DNA of 64,000 nucleotides. Source: Azolla caroliniana. Lineage: Eukaryota; Plantae; Polypodiophyta. The stretch lies in NCBI GenBank assembly GCA_043228905.1, contig JBHGNT010000001.1, positions 12,214,001 through 12,278,000 on the forward strand, given 5' to 3'. Shown here in pieces: positions 25,531 to 38,367 of the stretch. A program made the translations under genes and the position numbers. Every line of letters starts with the position of its first letter. Within the stretch, counting starts at the first letter, position 1. Under the pieces are notes generated by a model, which searched no databases, had not been told where the DNA came from, and was given only the letters and a program-made list of their open reading frames with translations.

Positions 25531-28259
25531 TTTTTTGAACCTTTGATGGATCCATAGAGATGCCATTTGAAGAGACTATGTACCCCAAAAATTCCACTTG
25601 ACATTGGTCAAAACTACACTTCTTCAATTTTGCATAGAGACCATACTCTCGCAACCGCTGCAAATCTTGGTGAACATGCATCTCATGCTCCTCTTGAGTT
25701 TTTGAGTAGATCAAGATATAATCCAGGTAAACTCTGATGAAGATATTGAGGAAGTCCCAAGAAATGTCATTCACTATATGTTGGAAAACTGTTGGTGCAT
25801 TCGTGAGACCAAATGGCATCATTATATACTCAAAATGGCCAGAGTGAGTGCAGAAAGCAATCTTCCATTCATCCCTAGGACGAATTCGAACAAGCTTGTA
25901 GGCACCTTGAACATCTAACATCGTGAAATATTTTGCTCCATTGAGGTGTTCCAGAAGGCTTGAGCTCAATGGTAGAGCATATCGGTTTTGAATAGCCACT
26001 TTATTCAAGACCCAATAATCCACGACCATACGTAACTGATGTATAGAGATTGTTGAAATCGTGTGCGATCCCAGATCCTTTGTTGGAGTTTTAAGAGACT
26101 CGGACTGTACCGTGACCTTTTCAATAGTTTCTTTTCTCCAATCAATAGTTGGGTTATGTAGCTCAAAACAAGGAAGACCAAGAACTGGGGAGTGCTTTGG
26201 ACTACTAATGATGTTGAATGAGATGACACTAGCCAAATTACTTAGGAGTACACGAATTGGTTCAAACTCTTCGACTATATCACTTTATGCTATAGGGTGG
26301 CCATCGATGACTCCTACAACTATTGGGTTCGGGGGCTTATTCAAGAGGATGTTTTGTGTCAATGCAAACTCACGATCCATGAAACAAGAATTGGCTCCAG
26401 AATCTAGGAGGGTAGAGGTTAGGACTCGATGACCTGTAGATGTGCTAAGCTCGACTTGTGCAGAAAAACTCTACTAACTTGATTTGATGAAATAGAACCA
26501 TGACTAGGTATTGACTCTACATATCTAGGATGGTCCAACCAAATGGCTCCTATTTTGGCTGAACTTATTCGTTTAACATATCCTCTAATTGGTTCAAGAC
26601 ATCAAATCTATTCTCATGGCATGGGCTGGCTTACTTAAGTTATTAGAAGTGATAATCGAACTCGAGGTAGGGTTATCATGTGCACTTGGTATACTTGACG
26701 TCGGGGTTTATGTGGACAATTCATGACTATATGTCTTGGACCACCACAATATAGGCATAGGCGGTGCACTCGACGTCGTTGTTTCTGAACATCTGAATCT
26801 AAGGTCCCTTGACGTTGTGTTGACTCTATTTCCATCGGAGTGGGGTCATCCCTCGTAATGGGTTTGGGAACTTGTGGCGGTGTTGTGACTACTAGAGTGT
26901 ACGTCTGTTCCGGTTGGCGGCGTAACATTTGTTGGCGTTCAGAACGTCACTCAAATAGGCGATTATCACATCACACAACTCAACTACTTGCCTTTGTAAG
27001 AGACTTCGGATCTTCGTGGAAAGTAAGAAGAAGATCTTTAACATCGTTACGCAAACCCTGACGGAATTGATCCATTAAGGCTGCCTCATCCCAAGGGATG
27101 TCGCATGCCAAGAGATGGAAATATGCTGCGTAAACCGAAGCGGGACAATCTCCTTGTCGGAGTCTTCAAATCTTATTTATTGCTCTAGTGCTATTGGTGT
27201 CTCCAAAATTAACTTGAAAATACTTAACGAACACCTTGAAATCCTCCAACAACGGTGATTTCTTCTCGAGAAGTGGTGTAAACCATGCTAATGTTGTACC
27301 ACTTAGCAAGGTTCCTACTAATCCCACACGAGCAACATCAGTTGGGTACCGATTGGGATGTAACTGAATCACCAAACGGACTTGATTCAGGAAACCTCGA
27401 AATAGAGATATTGTACCATCAAACTTGGTAGTGAGGCTAATCTTTGGTTCCCTTGGGGAGTTTTGAACCCCCGCCGCTTGTTCTCGTAATGTTAATATAG
27501 TAGCCTCGAATTGTGAAGGGGTGATGATATCATTAAAACTCCAAGCTTCAAAGCATGTACTCTTGTCGACCCTCAAGAAAATGCTTCCAAGTCCACACCA
27601 TCAACACTCATAAAACAAAAAAGAAAATGAGTCTACTCTCCCATCGTGAAGTATGCTTCAGCCCTCAACAACCTCATGACTCAGCCTTATCAAACAAAGA
27701 ATCTGTTTTGTTTTCATCATCCAACATCTAGCCGATTACCACCAAAGTTCACATCAACCACCTCTCGTCGTAGACCACCAAAGCCTTGTACATACAAAAA
27801 ACATAATGACACTCTCTCTGGATCCCCTCATGAAATTATGCTTCTTCCCCCGACACCGTCGTCACTCATCCTTGTTAGAAATAGACAATGTGCTTCGTTT
27901 TTCAAGTTCTCTTTGTGGGGATAAGGACGTTTCTAAATATTTTTCTTCAATCTTCTGAGATTACCACTCATTAGGATTGTTCATGAGGTCTTGTAAAGCT
28001 TTGAATGCAAATTAAACTATATGTTTCAAACCCAACATTCATTGATTAATCATCCATGAGAGGATTGCATTCTGCTCATGTATATGTTATGTGCACCACA
28101 TTGTTGTGATAGGAAGGAAATGAGTTAAATTACAAATATTAAAAAGGTTAATGATAATGTAAAGTGTGGTGTGAAGGACAAGTAATGTGTTGTATTTGAA
28201 AGCAATAAAAAAATCTTAGCTCAATTGCTAAGAACTTGTAATATGAGTGAGTAGGGAAA

Positions 28260-28810
<551 letters not shown>

Positions 28811-29040
28811 TGAAAAATAGAGCGTGTAATTGAGGAAGAAAAAGCATGGTATGTGTTGAAATAAAAACGCACATACTTTTTTATTAGGGAAGAAAGCCTC
28901 TTTCATCCTGTAAAATGGGTGAAGAGAAAATTGATAAGGGGAGGAGAAAGAGAAAGACGCAGAAGCTCTTGTAGATAGAGAAGCGAAGAAGCTAGGGTTG
29001 CGAATCAAGATTGAGAAGCGAGGAAGCTAGGGTAACTAAT

Positions 29041-29390
29041 CTTCGACTTTGGATTACATTCGACTCTAACTAGTCTTCGACTCTAGGTTACATTCAACTT
29101 TGACTAATCTTCGACTGTAACTTGCCTTCAACCGTGCACAACCTTCAACTCTAACCTACCTTCGGTTCTGCAGAGCCTTTGACTCTGATCTACCTTTGAC
29201 TTTGACTTACCTTTGACTTAGTAGAGCGTTCCACTCTGCAAAGCCTTCGAGTTTAACAATATTTCAATTCCTAATAGCATTCTACAACAACAATCATTCG
29301 ACTCTGACGAGCCTTTGCATCTAACGATATTTTGACTCCTAGGAGCTTTCAACTTTGACAAACATTTGACTCTAATGAGCCTTCGAATCA
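29041..29390. repeat. 17-bp-period degenerate minisatellite (about 20 copies, consensus close to CTTCGACTCTRACNAGC)
   Basis: cttcgactttggattac/attcgactctaactagt/cttcgactctaggttac/attcaactttgactaat/... keeps a 17-nt register. Confidence 0.85.
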
Positions 29391-29670
29391 TCCATCCTCT
29401 CTAGTTCATGTCCTTGGTGGTCCCACTCAAGTAACATAGGTATGCCGTAACTTCGTGACAATGTCCCAACAAGTTTTTATGCCTTTTTGCATGTAGAGAA
29501 TGTTATTGTTGAAGTTAAAGATGTATACGACACAATGCAAGAGGTATAATGTTTAGGGTTTGGCTAATTAGCACTTAACCTTTATCACTCTTTAGCTCAA
29601 GTGAAAGATTGGGAGGGAAGAGTTAGAGCTCTTATACAACTATGTGAAAGGAGAAAACTCAAGAAGGAAG

Positions 29671-32600
29671 TGAAGGGCAGATATGCGCGGAACGTAATTG
29701 TGTGCGTGTGTGTCTGAGGACCTTTCGTATGTGTTCAACAAACTACATAGAATGGAGGCAAGAAGAAATAACAGAAGATAGATACGGTTTAACCTTTAAT
29801 GGAAGCTCTGTTACTGCATTTGTTCTATCTCTCTCACTCTCTAAGACTCGATTTACAAGATGATCAAGAGGTTATTCTTTACAACGTTAGGTTATTGCTT
29901 ATATACTAAGCCCTAACTCTTTGGATGAGTTCACACTAGGATACAAATCGGAAGGAGTCGGCCTTTTATGCCAACAAACTCCCCCATAAAAGGACTACTC
30001 TTTTCTGCAAGTACAAGTGTTTGGGGTTATCTTCCTCGTAAACCTAGATTGCAAAATTAATCTAAATTTATATTTACAAGTTAGTCGGCATGTGGTTGAG
30101 TCGGTAGAGACGTGTTCAATGTTTAGCCTGGTTCGGCTAGTCAGTCAGATTGACTTGTCTGAGTCGATTAGTTTGACTTACCTTATGCTTCTCATTTGAC
30201 CTTCTTTTGCTTGATCGCTTGTCGCAGCCCCATCTTTGTCCTTAGTGCTCTAAAGAGTTGATCTAGGAGTGGCTTCGTCAGACAATTGGCAATGTTCACC
30301 TCGGTGTTGATCTTCCGGACTTCAAGCTTCTTCTCAGTTATGAGCTCTCGGATGTGATGATACCGCACCTCAATATGCTTTGTCTTTGCGTGATAGACAA
30401 GATTGTTTATGAGGTGTATAACGCTCTCTGAGTCGCAATAGATGGTTGGCATTGGTCGGTTGATTCGGCTGGAGATGAGAAGTCGACAGACAGTCGGTGC
30501 AACAACATCGCTTCCTTCGCTGCCTCCAATGCTGCTATGTACTAGGCCTTTGTGTTCGACAAGGTCATGCACTCTTGAAGCTTCAACCTCCATGATATAG
30601 CACCACCACCATAGGTGAAAATATAGCCTGATGTTGACTTCCGATTGTTCGTATTACCGGCATAGTTGGAGTCACTGCAGCCTTCGACTTCGGTTGAGGT
30701 TGTCAAACCGAAAGCCAGATGTGCATCCATGGTTCCTTTTAGATCCCTAAGGATGTGCTTGACGGCCTCCCAATGCTTCTGTCCTGGGTTTGACATGTAC
30801 CGGCTGACCACCCCGACGACATAGGCTAGGTCAGGTCGAGTCACCACAATTGCATACATGATACTTCCTACGGCTGATGCGTAGGGCACCTTTCCATTAA
30901 GCTCTCTCTCCTTGTCCGTTGAAAGAGAGTCTCTGTCCGATAGTCGGATCGACGTCGGAAGTGGTGTTGGTGCTGGCTTCGCATTCTCCATGTTGAAGCA
31001 CTTCAGCACCTTCCGGATATAGTTGGACTGGGAGAGTCGGAGAGTCATGGTCATCTGATTTCGCTCGATCTTCATGCCCAGTATATGACGGGCTTGTCCG
31101 AGTTCCTTCATCGCAAACTTGTCATGAAGGCTCTACTTCAGCTGTTTGATCTCTTCTTGATTGCTTCCTGTAATCAACATGTCGTTGACATATAGGATCA
31201 GATAAATCCTAGACTCGTCAGTCAGTTGCTGAATGTACATACATGGGTCGGAGTTTGATCGCCGGTATCCAAGCTGCCTGATGTAGGAGTCGAACTTCTG
31301 GTACCACATCCTCGGCACTTGTTTCAAGCCATAGAGACTTTTCTTCAGGCGGCATACGAGGTGACTTTCCTCCCCCGTTGCCGTGAAGCCTGCCGATTGA
31401 AACATATAAATGTCTTCTTCTAGGTCTCCGTGTAGGAATGCCATCTTTACATCTAGCTGCTCTAGCTCTAGGTCTTCTGTCGCCACAACTCTTAGTAGGA
31501 GTTTGAGGATGGTCCCCTTGACTATTGGTGAGAATATCTTGTTGTAGTCGACCCCGTGTTCTTGTTTGAAACCTTTCGCGACAAGCCGAGCTTTGTACTT
31601 GGGTTTCTCTGAGTTAGATACATATTTATATCGGAAAACCCATTTACAGGGTAGCGGCTTTCTTCCATCAGGTAGTTCGATCAACTCCCATTTTTGATTC
31701 CGATGAATCGAGTCCATTTCGGATTTCATGGCTTGTAGCCATGTATCGGCGTTCAGTGTGGCTATAGCTTCTTCGTAAGTACTTGGTTTGCCTGCATCCA
31801 TGTAGTTGATGTAGTCGAGGCCCGGTTGATAAAATTCTGTAGGCCTTCTGACTCGTCCGGATCTCTTGAGTGCCGATATTGGTGCTTCAAACTCTTCGGT
31901 CGGCTCGACCGACCGATCGTTATTACTTGAACCGTCTTCAGGAGTTCTATTAGGTGAATCGCCCCCGTGTTGTGATTTCGGTGGTGTCATGTTTTCCTTT
32001 CCTGTGAACTTTGTCGACTTGGGTCTGTTTCCAAATCGCATCTTGTTGACTTTGCCTTGTTTAACTCTTGTCGAATAAGCTTTGTCTTTCATGGCTTTGT
32101 CTTCGAGTTCGACTAGTGGACCTCCTACTGATTCAGAGTCGGTAGGTATGTTGTCGACTTGGTCGAGTTTGACTGTTTGTCGAATCTCCGATTCGGCTTG
32201 GTGGGAAGGTCCTTCTATGACATCATTGCTATTTTCTGTTGGTTCCGTTGAGAGAAGATAGAGTCTTCATTGAAGACTACATCACTGCTTTGGATCAATT
32301 TTTGGTTCTCCAGGTCCCATAGCCTATAACCGAAGTCCCCATCGGTTCCATAATCGAGAAATATGCACTTCATCACATGGGGTACCAACTTGTTCATTTT
32401 CTCCCTAAGGATAAATGTGTAGGCTTTGCATCCGAATATACGGAGCCTATTGTAGGTTGGTTGTGTGCTTGACCATAGTGCCTGTGGCACTTCAAACCTG
32501 ATTGCTTTCGATGGAGATAGATTTACTTGGTATACTGCCGTCTGCAATTCCTCGGACAAGAACTCCAACTTCAGTTTGGGTTGCTGCAACATTGCCGTCA

Positions 32601-34604
32601 CCCTCTCTTGGATCGTTCAGTTGATCTGTTCAGCCACCCCATTGTCAGATCCCTTTGTCAGACAGGTACTGTTTGAAGGCTCTGGAGGTGTACTCACCTC
32701 TGTTGTCGGATCGGAGTGTCTTCACCTTGTATCCCGACCAGTTCTCCATTTAGGATATCCACAGAGTGAAGATCTTGAGCGCTTTGTCTTTGGACCTGAT
32801 GGAGTAGGCCCAAACCATCCGTGTATAGTCATCTACAAAAGTGATTAAGTATCGGAAGCCTCTTAGTGATCGCTCTGGCATGGGCCCACATATATTTGTG
32901 TACACAAGCTCTAGGGGCTGTTGTACTGTCTCGTAGTGGAGAGAGTGCGGACTTCGGGTCTGTTTCCCATATTGACAATGCTCGCAGAAGTCTGTCTTTG
33001 CTTGAATTTTTGGGATGTAGCCTACTGCCATCAGCCGATCGAGTCCAGCTTGAGACATATGGCTGAGTCGGCCATGCCATAGGTTTGGGTCGGTCTTTTT
33101 GGCTACGTTCATGACTCCTTCTAGATTGATCTCCTTAAGTGGGTACAAGTTATTGTCCTTGTGTCCACTTCTGATTTTGAGATTTCCTCGGCTGATCATC
33201 CATGTTGACTCACTGAGAGTCGTTCGGTACCCGTCTTCGGCTAACATACCGATGGAGGCCAGACTCCTTTTCAGATCAGGTATGTTGGTGCAGGGTGATC
33301 ATGCTTCCATTTGGCAATCAGATGGGGACCTCTCCGGTCCTTGCGATTCTGCACTCCTTCCTGTTGCCTAGTCGGACAGTGCCACTAGTGTCGGCCGAAT
33401 AGTTTGAAAACCATTCGATGTTGGGGGTCACATGGAATGTGACACCGGAATCCAGTAGCTGCATGTGTGCCTCCTGTGCACTATAGAGGACTTCTCCGAT
33501 CATTGAATCCTCTAAGGAGAGAATTTCTCCTGATAAGGTGTCGACAACGTTGATTTGGCTGTTGACTGGAGAGTGGTCCGAGTCGGGTCATCCTCGATTC
33601 TGCTCAGATCTCCGACCACTCTCTTTCCTCTTGATCAACCACATTGTGGCCAACTTTTCTGCAATGTGTGCAAAATTCGCATGATTGACCCGTTTCCGAC
33701 TTTGACCGTTGTCGGTCTCCCCTCATTTTCGATCGACTATGGTGTCGACTGACTCTATCAGCTTGTTCTCTTGATCGACTCAATCAGTCGAGCAACTCGG
33801 TCGAGTGGTGGGCTTCTACCGACTCGTCGATGGTGAGTCTCATCGATTTTCGCCGAATGTCCTCGGTGAGGACTTGGCCAATCGTCTCATCCAGATTTAG
33901 GATTGGTCAGCTATTGGCGTATGTCGTGCAGAATACCTCCCAACTCGTCGGCAAGCTCGATAGGAGGGCATGGGTTTTCACTTCTTCTTCAATGTTGATC
34001 CCTTGTGAGGAGAGCTCTGACAACACCTGGCTGAAGGTATTGATGTGGGAGGTAGTCGGATCAGTCTCTCTCATCTTCATGTTGAATAGTTGTTTGATCA
34101 AAATCAGTTTTGATGATGAGGAATTTTTCTCGTACACGACTTGTAGCGTTTCCCACAATGAGAACGTTGTCGTCTCTTTTGCCATACTGAAGTAGAAGTT
34201 TCCAGCCATATGCATGCAGATGGTGGAGCGTGCGATTTTGTCTGTAGATCTCTACTCTTCGGCTATCATCGAGATAGGTTTTTCATTGTGTCGAATGGTC
34301 TCAACTTGTCTTCTAATGATCAACACGTCTTGTATCATCTCCTTCCATAGGGCAAAGTTTTTGCCATCGAATTTTCTGATTTCAACTCCTGTTCCAAATG
34401 TTAAAGCCATGTTCTTCTTTGAAAGTGGGATTTTACTGACGTGATCTTTCTCCTTTCAGCTTCTTTGCTACTCGTTGCCGCCAAACTGCAAGTCGCTCTA
34501 ATACTAGTTGAAGGGCATATATGCGTGGAAACGTGTGTGTGTGTGAGAGAGAGAGAGGACTTGTCGTATGTGTTCAACAAACTACAGAGAATGGAGGCAA
34601 GAAG
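29671..34604 (-). mobile_element. Ty1/copia LTR retrotransposon E, degenerate; 5' LTR cut by element F
   Basis: 3' LTR 29671-29976; PPT (ctcccccata on plus); RNase H KTKHIEVRYH; RT YKARLVAKGF/LYVNDM; integrase; protease LLDSGVTFH; gag; eroded PBS TAGTATTAGAGC; 5' LTR 34509-34604. Confidence 0.93.
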
Positions 34605-36770
34605 TGTGAGGAATAGCCTTGGGCACAACCGTGACTCAAATACTTTATGAAAGAACAAAACAGAAATGGAGGTTCATGCACTTACATACAAGAGACAACA
34701 CAAGATGTTTACGTGGAAAACCCTAATAGGGAAAAACCACGGGAGCCCACAAACCCCAACTATCCGCTATATGAGAAAAGGAGGTACAAGAGGAGACTTA
34801 GAGGCAACGACCTCAAGCTCTGTATCTTCGCCAACCGGTGGCTTCACTTCTCTCTCTCTCTCTATATATATATACTACTATGATACAACTAACAACGATA
34901 ACAACAACGACAACACTCACCACAACTCAAGTGATTGCCCTAAGTCATATTTATACTCATATGACTTTTGGGGCTATTTACAATTATGGCCTTGCTAGGC
35001 TCACCATGAAACATATTTACACATATATCCTTGGATCCGGTTTGTACCGGATCCATCCGGATCCACTCGATCTGGTTTTTGGGTCTCATCTGGATCCCAT
35101 CCGGAGGGACCGAATTCCCAACAAACTCCCCCTTCACTCCGGCATGGGATTTCTTGTTAGTCTAATTCGTCTTCCGCATGCGTCCAGCTTGTCGGTTGAA
35201 AGCAGCTTGGTCAACATATCCAATCCGTTATCCTTCGTGTGGATCTTCATCAGCACGAAGACTTGATCTTCTACCTTCTCCCGGAGCCAGTGACATCTTC
35301 TTTGGATGTGCTTGGTATGGGAATTGTAGGCCGCATTCTTTGTAAGGTGGATGACACTTTGACTATCGCAGTAGAGACGAAATTCCTTCTAGCGGATCCC
35401 AAGCTCTCCAATAAAGTCCTTGATCCACATTATTACTTGCCAACTTCCACAGTTGCCATGTACTCCGTTTCCGTTGTCGATAGTGCAACGGACTTCTGCA
35501 ACCTCGATTGCCACGATACGACTCCCCCTACATAAGTCATGACATATTCGAATTTAGACAAACTGGTATCTGCATCAACCGACATATCCAAATTTTTGAA
35601 TCCATCAAGTTGGGGTTTTCCTGAGCCGAATCGAAAGCACATACTCGAGGTACCTTTCAAATACTAGAGTATCCACTTCACCATGTTCTAGTGTTCTCTT
35701 CCCGGATTGCTCATGAATCGGCTAACTACTCCTACAACATAAGCAATATCCGGCTGGGTGCACACCATTGCATACATCAAGCTTCCGAAGACAGAGGCAT
35801 ATGATATCTTCATCATATCCGACTTCTCTACCTTTGTCCTCGGGCTCTGTTTTCCGGATAGCTTGCAATTCATCGGCAGTGTTGACCCAACTAGCTTTGC
35901 GTCTGCCATGTTGAACCCCTGAAGCACCTTTGTCACATACTTCTCTTGTGATAGCCATAATAGCTTCTTCAACTGGTCCCGGATGATGTGCATCCCCAAA
36001 ATTTGTCTTGCTGAATCCAAATCTTTCATTGAGAAGGTCCGATTCAGAGCCTTCTTTAGCATTCAGATCTTGATTCGGTCTTGTCCGACGATCATCATGT
36101 CATCCACATATAGGAGTATCAGGAAGTCGCCTCTGTCAAATTTCTTCACGAACACGCAATGGTCAGCTTGCGTCTGGTGGTACCCTTGGTCGGTCATGAA
36201 GGAGTCGAACTTCCGGTACCATTGCCGGAGGGCTTGCTTCAATCCATATAAGCTCTTCTTCAGCTGGCAGACCAGTTGCTCCTTCCCTTTCTTCTAAAAT
36301 CCTTCCGGTTCATGCTTGTAGATCTCTTCTTTGAGGTCGCCATGTAGGAATGCCGTCTTGATGTCCAATTGCTCTACCTCGAGGTTCATGCTTGCAACTA
36401 TGCTCAATACTGTCCGAATGGATGTCATCTTTACTATCGGGGCAAAGATCTGGTCGAAGTCCACTCCTTTCTTCTGCGAGAAGCCCTTAACCACGATCCG
36501 GGCCTTATACCTTGGTGGATTTCCTGCGTCTCCCGGTTTCAGCTTGTACACCCACTTGTTTCGGAGTACCCTCTTTTCTTTCGGCAACTCCGTCAGTTCG
36601 TATGTGTAGTTCTCATGCAGGGAATCCATCTCTTCTTGCATAACACTTAACCACTTGCGGCTGTGGGATGTCTTTCTTTGCTTCTTCGAAGCTTTCCGGC
36701 TCCCCCTCATCGGGCAGCAATATGTGCTCTGCATCTGGAAATCTCCCGGGGGCTCTTCTCTCCCTGAGAG
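34605..36770 (-). mobile_element. Ty1/copia element F, 3' half (RT, RNase H, 3' LTR 34605-35123)
   Basis: LTR TG..CA; PPT GGAGTGAAGGGGGAG; RYKARIVVKGF; GGVVSWQSRLQK; interrupted at 36771 by G in the opposite orientation. Confidence 0.92.
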
Positions 36771-38367
36771 TGTTGGGAATTCGGTCCCTCTAGATGGGAT
36801 ACGGAGGAGAATTGGAGGAGTCGGATCAGATGATCCGGATGAAGGAACCAGATCTGGAAGGGTTCCGGATGAGACCCAGAAACCAGATAGAGTGAATCCG
36901 GATGGATCCGGTGCAAACTGGATCCAAGGACCTATGTGTAAATATGTTTCATGGTGAGCCCATCGAGACTATATTTGTAAATGGCCCTAAAGTCATATAA
37001 GTATAAATATGACTTAGGGAAATTACTTTATTATACATGGTGTAGTAGTGGTTGTATCATTGTTGTACACAGAGTGTGAGAAAGCGAGCGAGCGAGTGAG
37101 AGAGATACATAACTAGTTTCTGTTGTAACCGCCGGCTGGCGAAGACATAGAGCTCAAGGTTGTTGCCTCTGAGTCTCACATTGTATTCCTCCCCTCATAG
37201 TGATAGTTGGAGTCTATGGGCTCTCGTTGTTTTCCCATTTAGGTTTTTCCACGTTAATGTCCTATGTCATCTCTGTCTTAGTCTGTTCTCTTTTATTCCT
37301 TGTTGAAGACTCGGTTGTGGCCGAGCGTTATTTCCGTGCAGAGAGGGTATCAGAGCGAAAAAGAAAATGGAAGAGTCATTCGGAAGCATGTTCAAGCTCA
37401 CAGGCTCCAACTATCCAGTGTGGAAGTTGAAGATGAGGGACATGGTCGTGGTCAAAGATATCTGGCTGCCGGTATAGTTTGGGGACAAGAAACCAGATAA
37501 GATCGATGTCGCGACATGGGAGGTGATGCACATGAAGACGACGACGTACATCCGGTGCTTCATCGACATGAGCCTATATAACAACTTCAATGAAGAAAGT
37601 AAAGCTCATGTGCTCTGGGAGAAAATAAGCACCATGCTAGAGAGTAAAAACGCTGTAAATCGGGTTTCGGTATTCTGGAAGTTAGTGAGACTCCGGTACT
37701 AGGACGGATCCACCATGGCGGAGCACATGAACGCATTTAAGGGGCTTATAAATCAAACAACTTCGCTTGAAGTACCTTTGGCCGATGAGGTACTTGCATT
37801 GCTCCTGCTCGGTGTTACCCGTTCCTTTGGGTGAACACCTTCGATAGATTTGCGGCTATCGGTATTCAAGGGCGTGGTACGTGAAGGCTCGTAACAGAGG
37901 CGTTGTGAGGGAGAAAATGATCAGAGATAAAACACTAGCAAGATCTTGATAGGCGTGGGCGGCGCTGAAATCATAGGTATGAACCAAAGCACAGACACAT
38001 GGAGCAAAATGGGCACAAATCAGATATATTACTGCGATAGAAAAAAGATTACAGAACACGGCCTACGACCGGTGACCTTACAGGATTATCTAGTTACGAT
38101 GGACTAAGCTAGTGCTTCCGCCTATATTTTTCTCTCTCTCGCTCTGAGGTACTGGACCTCGTTTAAATAACGTTTCCCCTAATACACAGCCGAGCCGTTG
38201 GTGGCCCGTGATACTCGGCCTCGGTGCTCGGTTACACTACCGCCGTTTGCTAATTTCCTAATTTTACATTTCTGTCCTCTGGACAACACCTGGCACACCC
38301 GTCGGACCCACGACTTACAAAATACTAACAATATTACAAAAATTGCCTTTTAGGCGTGATCCTCGTT

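Larger units (their letters stand above)
18088..27517 (-). mobile_element. Ty3/gypsy chromovirus C (Tcn1/Tf1-like), LTR-less and degenerate, interrupted by element D
   Basis: Minus: gag REPKISLTTKFDGT (27166-27515); CCHC CLYCGGPRHIVMNC; protease LLDSGA (~26400); RT MPFGLTNAP/YLDY; RNase H; integrase RHFVT|DYVHSCDTC split by D; chromodomain LYYLIDWLGYIPNDRTWEP (~18120-18178). Same family as element I. Confidence 0.93.

Noticed and set aside
25101-25604. Cys-rich 43-aa repeat protein
   Set aside because: An alternative frame of the triplicated pol segment.
27517-28100. PPT plus LTR start (GAAGGGGTGATGAT) or a coding fragment
   Set aside because: No partner LTR, end motif or recognisable protein; left unassigned.
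29041-29390. CRISPR array or coding repeat
   Set aside because: No spacers, a 17-nt period and stops in several frames.
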